Assembly (NCBI GenBank): GCA_964534375.1
Contig: CAZHPN010000191.1
Coordinates: forward strand, 1 to 10,918
DNA: 10,918 nucleotides
Source: an uncultured bacterium
Lineage (GTDB): Bacteria; Lernaellota; Lernaellaia; Lernaellales; Lernaellaceae
Reading direction: 5' to 3'
The notes under the pieces were generated by a model. It worked only from the letters and a program-made list of their open reading frames with translations. It was not told where the DNA came from and searched no databases. Below, in pieces: positions 1 to 8,778 of the stretch (its first letter is position 1; every line of letters begins with the position of its first letter). A program made the translations under genes and the position numbers.

Positions 1-24
1 AAAAGACAAATCCCAAAACTTCAA

Positions 25-393
25 TCATTTGCAAGTCAACATGCCGGAGCCCTGCGCCAGGATCGCACCCTCCGCGAAAGTGGAAGCGTCGGCATTTTCG
101 AAATAATCCCACGAAGACAAGACCACCATCGTTGGATAAACGCCCAGCGTATTCGTGCTCTCGACCAGCCCGAACGTGCAGCCGTTGCGGCACGTCGGCG
201 GGGTGTTGCCGAGGCAGTCCGATCCGTCGGGCCACGTCGCGTAGACGTCAGCATCGGCAATATCGGCGTCGCCTAAATCGCGCTGAAAGTAAAAATTGCG
301 GTTTCCGTCGCCGGTGGATGTCCATTAGCTCCCCGGCAAGGTCCGCCCGTCCAACGCATCCACGACCGACACCGGAGCGTTGGCGGTCGTCAC
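25..393 (-). pseudogene. Interrupted, 5'-truncated coding relic of a probable secreted protein (possibly Ig-like/Big_5-like, with Cys residues)
   Basis: Minus-strand frame reads VTTANAPVSVVDALDGRTLPGS-[TAA 327-325]-WTSTGDGNRNFYFQRDLGDADIADADVYATWPDGSDCLGNTPPTCRNGCTFGLVESTNTLGVYPTMVVLSSWDYFENADASTFAEGAILAQGSGMLTCK-TGA(27-25). The 99 codons after the TAA are open, have protein-like composition and mostly G/C-ending codons. No RBS or signal peptide is visible, and the 5' end abuts the repeat at 397. Confidence 0.5.
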
Positions 394-396
394 GCC

Positions 397-431
397 GAAC
401 AGCGAACGGTGAGCAGCGAACAGTGAACAGT
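397..431. repeat. 7-bp tandem repeat, 5 copies, consensus GAACAGY
   Basis: Units read directly: GAACAGC GAACGGT GAGCAGC GAACAGT GAACAGT. Confidence 0.85.
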
Positions 432-447
432 GGTCGGCCGGCCTTTT

Positions 448-489
448 CCGAACCCCGAACCCCGAGTCCCGAATCCCGAATTCCGTGTC
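448..489. repeat. 7-bp tandem repeat, 5-6 copies, consensus CCGAAYC
   Basis: Units read directly: CCGAACC CCGAACC CCGAGTC CCGAATC CCGAATT CCGTGTC. Confidence 0.85.
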
Positions 490-657
490 CCGCGCGCCGG
501 CGGCGAACGCCGTCGCGCGTCCGGACTTTCCAATCTGGGCCAATCCAGTGTAAAGCACGGCCGAACGCGCCGCGTAGATCGGGTATTTCGCCGCAATCGC
601 GGCACATCCGTCGCGACGCGCCGCGTAAAAATATTGCGCAACAGGGCAGAAACCGGG

Positions 658-686
658 TTGACAAACTGTTCGGTTTCGGACAAAAA
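658..686 (+). promoter_or_regulatory. Putative sigma70 promoter of the atp operon
   Basis: Perfect TTGACA at 658-663, about 100 bp upstream of the first atp gene. The -10 at 17-bp spacing (CAAAAA, 681-686) is a poor match. Confidence 0.45.
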
Positions 687-690
687 CCAT

Positions 691-710
691 GCGGCTTTCT
701 AGAAAGCCGC
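691..710. promoter_or_regulatory. Perfect 20-bp palindrome in the atp leader (operator or 5' hairpin)
   Basis: GCGGCTTTCT|AGAAAGCCGC is its own reverse complement and lies at the expected transcription start. Its function is inferred. Confidence 0.45.
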
Positions 711-761
711 CGACGACCAAAGCGAAATACTTCAGCCTCCGTTCGAAAAGGATCGCGGCCT

Positions 762-1193
762 ATGCATAACATGGACATCGACTGGACGATCGCCGCCCAA
801 CTCGTCATGTTTCTGTTCGCGATGGCGATGCTGTCGCACTTCCTCTTTAAGCCGATGCTCGCGGTTCTCGCCAAGCGCGCGCAGTTCACCGACCGGCCTT
901 ACGCGGATGCCGCCGCGCTGCAAAAAGATGCCGCCGCGAAGCAGGCCTCGGTCGAGGAAAATCTCGCCGCGGCCCGGCGCGAAATCGAACGCCTGCGCGC
1001 CGAACTGCTCGGCAAAGCGGTCGGCGCCGAGCGCGACGCCGTGGCCGCCGCCCGCACGGAGGCCGCCGCGGCCATCGCGGCGTCGCGCCAGGAACTCGCC
1101 ATTTCCATGGATGCGACGCGCGCGCGGCTGGCCGTCGCGGCCGACGACCTGGCCGAGACGCTGGCCAACAAGTTGTTGGAGGTGCAACGATGA
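762..1193 (+). CDS. atpF: ATP synthase F0 subunit b' (b-like peripheral stalk subunit), 143 aa
   Basis: C-terminal part of ORF 132..1193. ATG at 762 follows AAAGGA (747-752); alternative ATG at 771. IDWTIAAQLVMFLFAMAMLSHFLFKPMLAVLAKR is the typical b/b' membrane anchor, followed by an Ala-rich coiled coil. First of two tandem b-type genes. Confidence 0.9.
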   Translation: MHNMDIDWTIAAQLVMFLFAMAMLSHFLFKPMLAVLAKRAQFTDRPYADAAALQKDAAAKQASVEENLAAARREIERLRAELLGKAVGAERDAVAAARTEAAAAIAASRQELAISMDATRARLAVAADDLAETLANKLLEVQR

Positions 1194-1765
1194 AACGGCA
1201 GGTCGTGTGGTTGGCCGCCGGGTTGACGGCGATCCTCGCGTCGCCGGCCTTAGCCGCCGAAGAAGAGAGCTTCTTTAAGGAATACAGCCTCGCGATCAAG
1301 ACGATCGTCGCCGTGATCAACTTCGTGATCTTCGCCTGGATTCTGCTCCACTACGCCGGCCCGAAGATCAAAGAATATTTCGCGGCCTACGCCAACGAAT
1401 ACCAGGCCAAAGTCGCCGAAGCCGCCAAGGTGCTCGCCGAGGCCAATGCGCTGCACGCCCAATGGGCCGAGCGCAGCGCCCGCTTCGCGGAAGAAAGCGC
1501 CCGGCTCAAGACCGCCGCCGTGCAGTTGGCGGAAGCGCAAGCGCGCGATTTGCTGGCCGCGGCGCGCCAGACCGCCGACCGCATCGTGCACGAGGCCCAG
1601 CGCACGGCCGAGGCCGAATTGCTGCGGGCCAAAGAAGACCTGCGCGGGGAACTGGTCGACGAACTCCTGGCGAAAACCACCGACAAACTCCGGGAGCGGC
1701 TGACGCCTTCCCATCAACACGTGTTGATCGAAGAAGCCATCAAGAAACTGGAGGCGAGCCGATGA
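1190..1765 (+). CDS. atpF: ATP synthase F0 subunit b, 191 aa
   Basis: ATGA overlap with the upstream gene. VINFVIFAWILLHYAGPKIKEYF membrane anchor followed by a long coiled coil; directly precedes the delta gene. Confidence 0.92.
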   Translation: MKRQVVWLAAGLTAILASPALAAEEESFFKEYSLAIKTIVAVINFVIFAWILLHYAGPKIKEYFAAYANEYQAKVAEAAKVLAEANALHAQWAERSARFAEESARLKTAAVQLAEAQARDLLAAARQTADRIVHEAQRTAEAELLRAKEDLRGELVDELLAKTTDKLRERLTPSHQHVLIEEAIKKLEASR

Positions 1766-2304
1766 GAAGCACGGTCCTGGGCCGTCGCTACGCCGGCGCC
1801 TTGCTGGATCTCGGCGTGAAAGACGGCAAAGCCGAAGCGTACGCGGCGCAGCTCGCGGACGCCGCGGCGACGCTCGGCGCGACCGAGATTCGCAAAGCCA
1901 TGACCAGTCCGGTCTACGACATCGACTTCAAGAAGAAGCTGATCGACGAAGCGGTCGTCGATCTGAAAGCGGCCGAACCGGTCGCCAATCTGCTGCGGCT
2001 GCTGCTGGAAAAGCGGCGGTTCGGCATCCTGCCGGAAATCGCGCAGAGTTACCGCGACCTGCTCGACGAGCAGATCGGCCTCGTGCGGGCGACCGTCGTG
2101 TCGGCCGTGCCGCTCGACGGCGCGGCGCTGGCGCGGCTGCGCGTGGCGTTGCAACGAAAAGTCGGCCGGCGCGTCGAGTTGGCCGCTCAGACCGATGCCT
2201 CGGTCGTGGGCGGGCTGCGCGTACACGTTGGCGCCAAGGTATATGACGCGACGATCGCCAATCACCTGACGCGACTTCGCGAATCACTGAAACACCAGGT
2301 CTAG
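1762..2304 (+). CDS. atpH: ATP synthase F1 subunit delta, 180 aa
   Basis: ATG at 1762 (ATGA overlap, GGAGG upstream). Motifs RRYAGALL, NLLRLLLEKRR, VVSAVPL and DASVVGGLRVHVGAKVYDATI. Confidence 0.96.
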   Translation: MRSTVLGRRYAGALLDLGVKDGKAEAYAAQLADAAATLGATEIRKAMTSPVYDIDFKKKLIDEAVVDLKAAEPVANLLRLLLEKRRFGILPEIAQSYRDLLDEQIGLVRATVVSAVPLDGAALARLRVALQRKVGRRVELAAQTDASVVGGLRVHVGAKVYDATIANHLTRLRESLKHQV

Positions 2305-2316
2305 GGGTTTTCGCCG

Positions 2317-3834
2317 ATGGAAATCAAAGCCGAAGAAATCAGACAGGTCATCGCCCGCCAGATCGCCGATTACGGCAAAGACGTCGACGTGGCCGAGACC
2401 GGCATCGTCTTGTCGGTCGGCGACGGCATCGCGCGCTTGCACGGGCTCGAAAACGTCATGGCCGGCGAATTGCTCGAATTTCCCGGCGACGTGATGGGAA
2501 TGGCCCTCAACCTTGAAGAGGACAACGTCGGCGCCGTCGTGCTCGGCGATTGCACCCACATCAAGGAAGGCTTCACCGTCAAACGGACCGGCAAGATCGT
2601 GCAGGTCCCCGTCGGCAAAGCCGTGCTCGGCCGCGTGGTCGACGCCCTGGGCAAACCGATCGACGGCAAGGGCCCGATCGAGGCGACGGAATACCGCCAA
2701 CTCGAAATCAAGGCGCCCGGCATCGTCAAACGGCAGCCGGTGCACCAGCCGGTGCAGACGGGCATCAAGGCCATCGATTCGATGATCCCGATCGGCCGCG
2801 GCCAGCGCGAGTTGATCATCGGCGACCGCCAGACGGGCAAAACGGCGATCGCCATCGACACGATCATCAACCAGAAGGGCCTCGACGTTTACTGCCTGTA
2901 CGTCGCGACCGGCCAAAAGATGTCGACCGTCGCACGCGTCGTCGATCGCCTCGAAAAATTCGGCGCGATGGAATACACGACCGTCGTCGCGGCCACTGCC
3001 TCCGACCCGGCGCCGATGCAGTTCATCAGCCCCTACACCGGCTGCACGATGGGCGAATTCTACCGCGACAACGGCATGCACGCGGTCATCTTCTACGACG
3101 ACTTGTCCAAGCAGGCCGCCGCCTATCGCCAACTCTCGCTGCTGCTGCGCCGGCCGCCGGGCCGCGAAGCGTTCCCCGGCGACGTGTTCTATCTCCACTC
3201 GCGCTTGCTCGAGCGCGCGGCGAAAATGAGCGACGAGATGGGCGGCGGCAGCCTGACGGCGCTGCCGATCATCGAGACGCAGGCCGGCGACTTGTCGGCG
3301 TACATCCCGACGAACGTGATTTCGATCACGGACGGCCAGATCTTCCTGGAAACCGACCTTTTCTATTCGGGCATCCGGCCCGCGGTGAACGCCGGGTTGT
3401 CGGTGTCGCGCGTCGGCGGCAACGCCCAGATCAAAGCGATGAAGCAGGTCGCGGGCTCGTTGCGCCTGGACCTCGCGCAATACCGCGAACTGGCGGCCTT
3501 CTCGCAATTCGGGTCGGACCTCGACAAGGCGACGCAGGCCCAGTTGGCCCGCGGCGAGCGGATGATGGAAATCCTCAAGCAGCCGCAGTACAAGCCGCTG
3601 CCGGTCGAGAAGCAGATTGTGCTGATCTTCGCCGGCACGAAGGGGTTGCTCGACAAGATCGACCGGGAACAGCTCGGCCGCTACGAACAGGAAATGTACC
3701 AGTACCTCGACGAACGTCACGGGGGCCTGCTCAAGACGATCCGCGAAGAAAAGACGATCTCGACGCAGACCGACGAATCGTTGCGCAAGATGTTCGGCGA
3801 ATTCAACGAAATGTTCCTGGCCGGCGCGAAGTAA
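2317..3834 (+). CDS. atpA: ATP synthase F1 subunit alpha, 505 aa
   Basis: [23 protein letters not shown] (P-loop), [40 protein letters not shown]. Confidence 0.99.
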   Translation: MEIKAEEIRQVIARQIADYGKDVDVAETGIVLSVGDGIARLHGLENVMAGELLEFPGDVMGMALNLEEDNVGAVVLGDCTHIKEGFTVKRTGKIVQVPVGKAVLGRVVDALGKPIDGKGPIEATEYRQLEIKAPGIVKRQPVHQPVQTGIKAIDSMIPIGRGQRELIIGDRQTGKTAIAIDTIINQKGLDVYCLYVATGQKMSTVARVVDRLEKFGAMEYTTVVAATASDPAPMQFISPYTGCTMGEFYRDNGMHAVIFYDDLSKQAAAYRQLSLLLRRPPGREAFPGDVFYLHSRLLERAAKMSDEMGGGSLTALPIIETQAGDLSAYIPTNVISITDGQIFLETDLFYSGIRPAVNAGLSVSRVGGNAQIKAMKQVAGSLRLDLAQYRELAAFSQFGSDLDKATQAQLARGERMMEILKQPQYKPLPVEKQIVLIFAGTKGLLDKIDREQLGRYEQEMYQYLDERHGGLLKTIREEKTISTQTDESLRKMFGEFNEMFLAGAK

Positions 3835-3843
3835 GAGGCGACC

Positions 3844-6142
<2,299 letters not shown>

Positions 6143-6152
6143 GGAGCAGCTC

Positions 6153-6569
6153 ATGGCGGACACTATGACGCTCAAATTGGTCACGCCGCACGCTCGGCTG
6201 TTCGACGGCCCCGCGGCGATGTTCGTCGCGCCCGGCAAACTCGGCGAATTCGGCGTGCTGCCCGGCCACGACCCGTGGTTCGTGGCGCTCGGGGTCGGGT
6301 CGCTGGTGGTCACCAAACCGAGCGGCGAAACCAAGGAATACTTTCTCAACGGCGGCTACTGCCAGATCGACGACGACAACGTCGTGATGCTCGCCGAAGT
6401 CGCCGAACCGGGCGACAAGATCGACGTCGAACGCGCCAAGGCCGCCAAACAGCGCGCCGAAGAACGCCTCAAGAACACGGCCAAAGACGACAGCATCGAC
6501 CTGATGCGCGCCGAATTTGCCTTGCGCCGCGCCTTGTATCGCCTGGAGGTGGCGGGGCGGGCGAAGTAA
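6153..6569 (+). CDS. atpC: ATP synthase F1 subunit epsilon, 138 aa
   Basis: LKLVTP, GEFGVLPGHDP and IDVERA motifs, C-terminal helical hairpin, GGGAG RBS. Confidence 0.98.
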   Translation: MADTMTLKLVTPHARLFDGPAAMFVAPGKLGEFGVLPGHDPWFVALGVGSLVVTKPSGETKEYFLNGGYCQIDDDNVVMLAEVAEPGDKIDVERAKAAKQRAEERLKNTAKDDSIDLMRAEFALRRALYRLEVAGRAK

Positions 6570-6590
6570 AAAAGCGGAAACTCGCAAACA

Positions 6591-6624
6591 GGCCGCCTGT
6601 CGCCGCAAGGCGACAGGCGGTTTT
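6591..6624 (+). terminator. Rho-independent terminator of the atp operon
   Basis: 12-bp stem CCGCCTGTCGCC (6593-6604) / GGCGACAGGCGG (6609-6620), GCAA (GNRA) tetraloop, followed by TTTT. Confidence 0.88.
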
Positions 6625-6625
6625 C

Positions 6626-6632
6626 CGTTAAG
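6626..6632 (+). repeat. Left copy of 7-bp direct repeat CGTTAAG bracketing the ATPase cassette
   Basis: CGTTAAG directly after the terminator T-tract; identical copy at 8662-8668. Confidence 0.45.
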
Positions 6633-6638
6633 CGTGCA

Positions 6639-6666
6639 TTGACAAAAACTACCAGAACAACAAGAT
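6639..6666 (+). promoter_or_regulatory. Putative sigma70 promoter of the ATPase/partner cassette
   Basis: Perfect TTGACA (6639-6644), A-rich spacer and CAAGAT (6661-6666) at 16-bp spacing. Lies after the atp terminator and about 60 bp upstream of the ATG. Confidence 0.55.
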
Positions 6667-6728
6667 GATGAAACATCGCCTTGCAGCACACGGATCGCCG
6701 TCGTAGAAGCCGCACGGGAGAAACGGCC

Positions 6729-8033
6729 ATGATCACGCTGGTAGAAGCGCTTCGCTTTCGCTGCCTTCGCTACGTTCGGCAACCGCTTGGCCGATTTCAC
6801 GTCCTCGTCGGCCCCAACGCGAGCGGAAAAACCACTTTTCTCGACGTGCCCGCGCTCCTCGGGCGCTTGGTTTCCGACGGCTTGGACGCCGCGATCCGCG
6901 AGCGAACTCAAAATCTCGAAGATTTGTTCTGGCGGCGCGACGGAACGAGTTTCGAATTAGCTATTGAGGCGCGGATTCCCGAGGAAAAGCGGACGCATCT
7001 CCAAAACAAATCCATGGACACGTTGCGTTACGAAGTCGCGATCGGTCTCGACCCCGGAACGCAGGAATTTATCATTCTATCGGAGAAAGTGCTTCTGAAG
7101 GTGGGAACCGCTCCCGCCGCTCGTCAATCCGGCATATTCCCCGCCGAAAACGCGCTGCCGACAACAATATTGACCGCGAAGCATACAAAGAAAACTCGCG
7201 TGGTTATCAACAAAACCGAAAATGGAATTGGCGGCTTCCACGAGGAAACATCGAACGGATGGGTTCGCGCGTTTAAGGTCGGGACCAGACGAAGCGCTCT
7301 GGCAAATCTTCCAGAAGACGAAGCAAAATTCCCAATTTCCGCTTGGTTCAAGAACTTTCTGTCTGAAGGTATACGGCAACTCTCTTTAAACGGTTCTCTG
7401 CTCCGTAAAGCCAGTCCGCCGGGTCTGCATCGTGGATTTGTTCCCGACGGATCAAACCTGCCATGGGTCGTTGCAGATCTGCAAGATCTGGGGCCAGAGT
7501 TTGCGGGTGCGCTCCATCAACCACGGCGCCTGCGAAGCGATCGGGTGAAAAAAGACTTTCTCGAGGACTGGGTCTCGCACCTGCGCACAGCGTTGCCGGA
7601 TTTGGAAAGCGTGCGCACGGTCGAGAGGCCGGACGACAAACATCGTTACGTGGTTCTTCGCTATGCGGGCGGCCTGGACGTCCCGTCGTGGATGGCGTCC
7701 GACGGCACGCTTCGCCTCATGGCGCTGACGCTGCCGGCGTATCTGCCCGGACTGACGGGCGTTTACTTGATCGAAGAGCCGGAAAACGGGGTGCATCCGC
7801 GAGCCGTGGAGACGATGTTCCAGTCGTTGTCGTCGGTTTATAACGCCCAGATCCTGCTGGCGACGCACTCGCCCGTGATCTTGAGCCTCGTCGATCCCGC
7901 CGATCTTCTTTGTTTCGCCAAGACGGCGGAAGGCGCCACCGATATCGTAAGCGGGAAAGAACATCCCGCATTGCGGGATTGGCGGGGCGAGGTCAACCTG
8001 TCGGACCTTTTCGCCGGAGGCGTGCTGGGCTAA
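6729..8033 (+). CDS. ABC-type (AAA_21/AAA_15-like) ATPase resembling MADS defence protein MAD3, 434 aa
   Basis: ATG at 6729 follows GGGAG (6716-6720). N-terminal MITLVEALRFRCLR, Walker A GPNASGKT, signature-like ASDGTLRL, Walker B/D-loop YLIEEPENGVHP, H-loop ATHSP. No membrane segments. The MAD3 resemblance is from recognition, not from a search. Confidence 0.88.
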   Translation: MITLVEALRFRCLRYVRQPLGRFHVLVGPNASGKTTFLDVPALLGRLVSDGLDAAIRERTQNLEDLFWRRDGTSFELAIEARIPEEKRTHLQNKSMDTLRYEVAIGLDPGTQEFIILSEKVLLKVGTAPAARQSGIFPAENALPTTILTAKHTKKTRVVINKTENGIGGFHEETSNGWVRAFKVGTRRSALANLPEDEAKFPISAWFKNFLSEGIRQLSLNGSLLRKASPPGLHRGFVPDGSNLPWVVADLQDLGPEFAGALHQPRRLRSDRVKKDFLEDWVSHLRTALPDLESVRTVERPDDKHRYVVLRYAGGLDVPSWMASDGTLRLMALTLPAYLPGLTGVYLIEEPENGVHPRAVETMFQSLSSVYNAQILLATHSPVILSLVDPADLLCFAKTAEGATDIVSGKEHPALRDWRGEVNLSDLFAGGVLG

Positions 8034-8656
8034 TGGCCGAAACGATGAAAGACCTCGTCGCGCTGGCCGCCGATGGCTCCATGGAAAAGGTGCTCCAGGG
8101 CATTTTCTCGCGCCCGGGGTCGTTGAAGATTCGCCCGTTTTCCTGCGATATTTTCGTGCATCCGCAACGCGATCCAGGGTGTCTGACGCGCGGGCATGAT
8201 TTCCTGAAACCGTTTCGCAAGAGTCACCGCCACGCGCTCGTTGTTTTCGACTACGAAGGTTGTGGGCGGGAAAGCGCGACTCCCGGCGAACTCGAAGCCG
8301 AGGTGACGGCGAGGCTCGCCGCTACCGGTTGGGAATCGCGCGCGGAGGTCGTCGTCATTGCTCCGGAACTCGAAATCTGGGTTTGGTCGGAATCGCCTCA
8401 TGTTGACGAGGCGTTGGGATGGAAAGCGCGTCCGCCGGGTTTGCGACCGTGGCTCAAGGAAAAAGGTTTTCTGGCCGCAGGTCACGGGAAGCCCGCGCAG
8501 CCCAAAGAAGCAGTTGAAAAAGCGCTGCGAACGGCGTCGAAGCCGAGGTCGTCGGCGATTTATCAAAAACTGGCCGAAACGGTGACGTTGTCCGCGTGTA
8601 CGGACCCGTCATTCCAAAAACTCCGATCGGTTCTCGTCAGTTGGTTCGGCGAGTAA
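8033..8656 (+). CDS. ATPase partner protein, degenerate TOPRIM/DUF4276-like, resembling MADS protein MAD4, about 207 aa
   Basis: TAATG stop/start overlap with the ATPase gene (alternative ATG at 8045). Motifs KDLVALAADGSME, HPQRDPGC, ALVVFDYEGCG, VVIAPELEIWVW, PKEAVE and CTDPSFQKL. Confidence 0.8.
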   Translation: MAETMKDLVALAADGSMEKVLQGIFSRPGSLKIRPFSCDIFVHPQRDPGCLTRGHDFLKPFRKSHRHALVVFDYEGCGRESATPGELEAEVTARLAATGWESRAEVVVIAPELEIWVWSESPHVDEALGWKARPPGLRPWLKEKGFLAAGHGKPAQPKEAVEKALRTASKPRSSAIYQKLAETVTLSACTDPSFQKLRSVLVSWFGE

Positions 8657-8661
8657 GGGCT

Positions 8662-8668
8662 CGTTAAG
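8662..8668 (+). repeat. Right copy of 7-bp direct repeat CGTTAAG
   Basis: CGTTAAG 5 nt after the partner gene stop codon; identical to 6626-6632. Confidence 0.45.
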
Positions 8669-8690
8669 AGATCGCGCTCGCCGGCGAATC

Positions 8691-8719
8691 TGGACTTTGC
8701 CCCCGATTCAGGCGACAAT
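8691..8719 (+). promoter_or_regulatory. Possible sigma70 promoter for the lipoprotein pair
   Basis: TGGACT (8691-8696), 17 bp, GACAAT (8714-8719); about 60 bp upstream of the GTG at 8779. Confidence 0.35.
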
Positions 8720-8778
8720 CATCCGGCGTGGACCCATCTTGTTCGGCAGGCCGGTTTGGGCGCCGGCGGGAGAAGACC

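Noticed and set aside
600..614. CGGCAC-N5-TCGC as a sigma54 promoter
   Set aside because: Mismatches in both the -24 and -12 elements, likely by chance in GC-rich DNA; a TTGACA lies closer to the gene.
132..761. 210-aa N-terminal extension of subunit b' in ORF 132..1193
   Set aside because: Arg/Pro/Ser-rich, crosses tandem repeats and the promoter. The RBS and b' homology start at 762.
6570..6633. Hairpin ending in GTTAAGC as an integron attC site
   Set aside because: No matching RYYYAAC inverse core or extrahelical bases. A perfect stem, GNRA loop and T-tract after atpC fit an intrinsic terminator better.
7204..7212. TTATCAACA as a DnaA box
   Set aside because: Single mismatched copy inside a coding region, with no cluster or AT-rich unwinding element.
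6729..8033. ATPase as an ABC transporter subunit or SMC/RecF repair protein
   Set aside because: No permease or binding-protein gene nearby, no LSGGQ signature and no long coiled coil. The SDGT/EEPEN motifs and the coupled partner gene fit defence-type ATPases.
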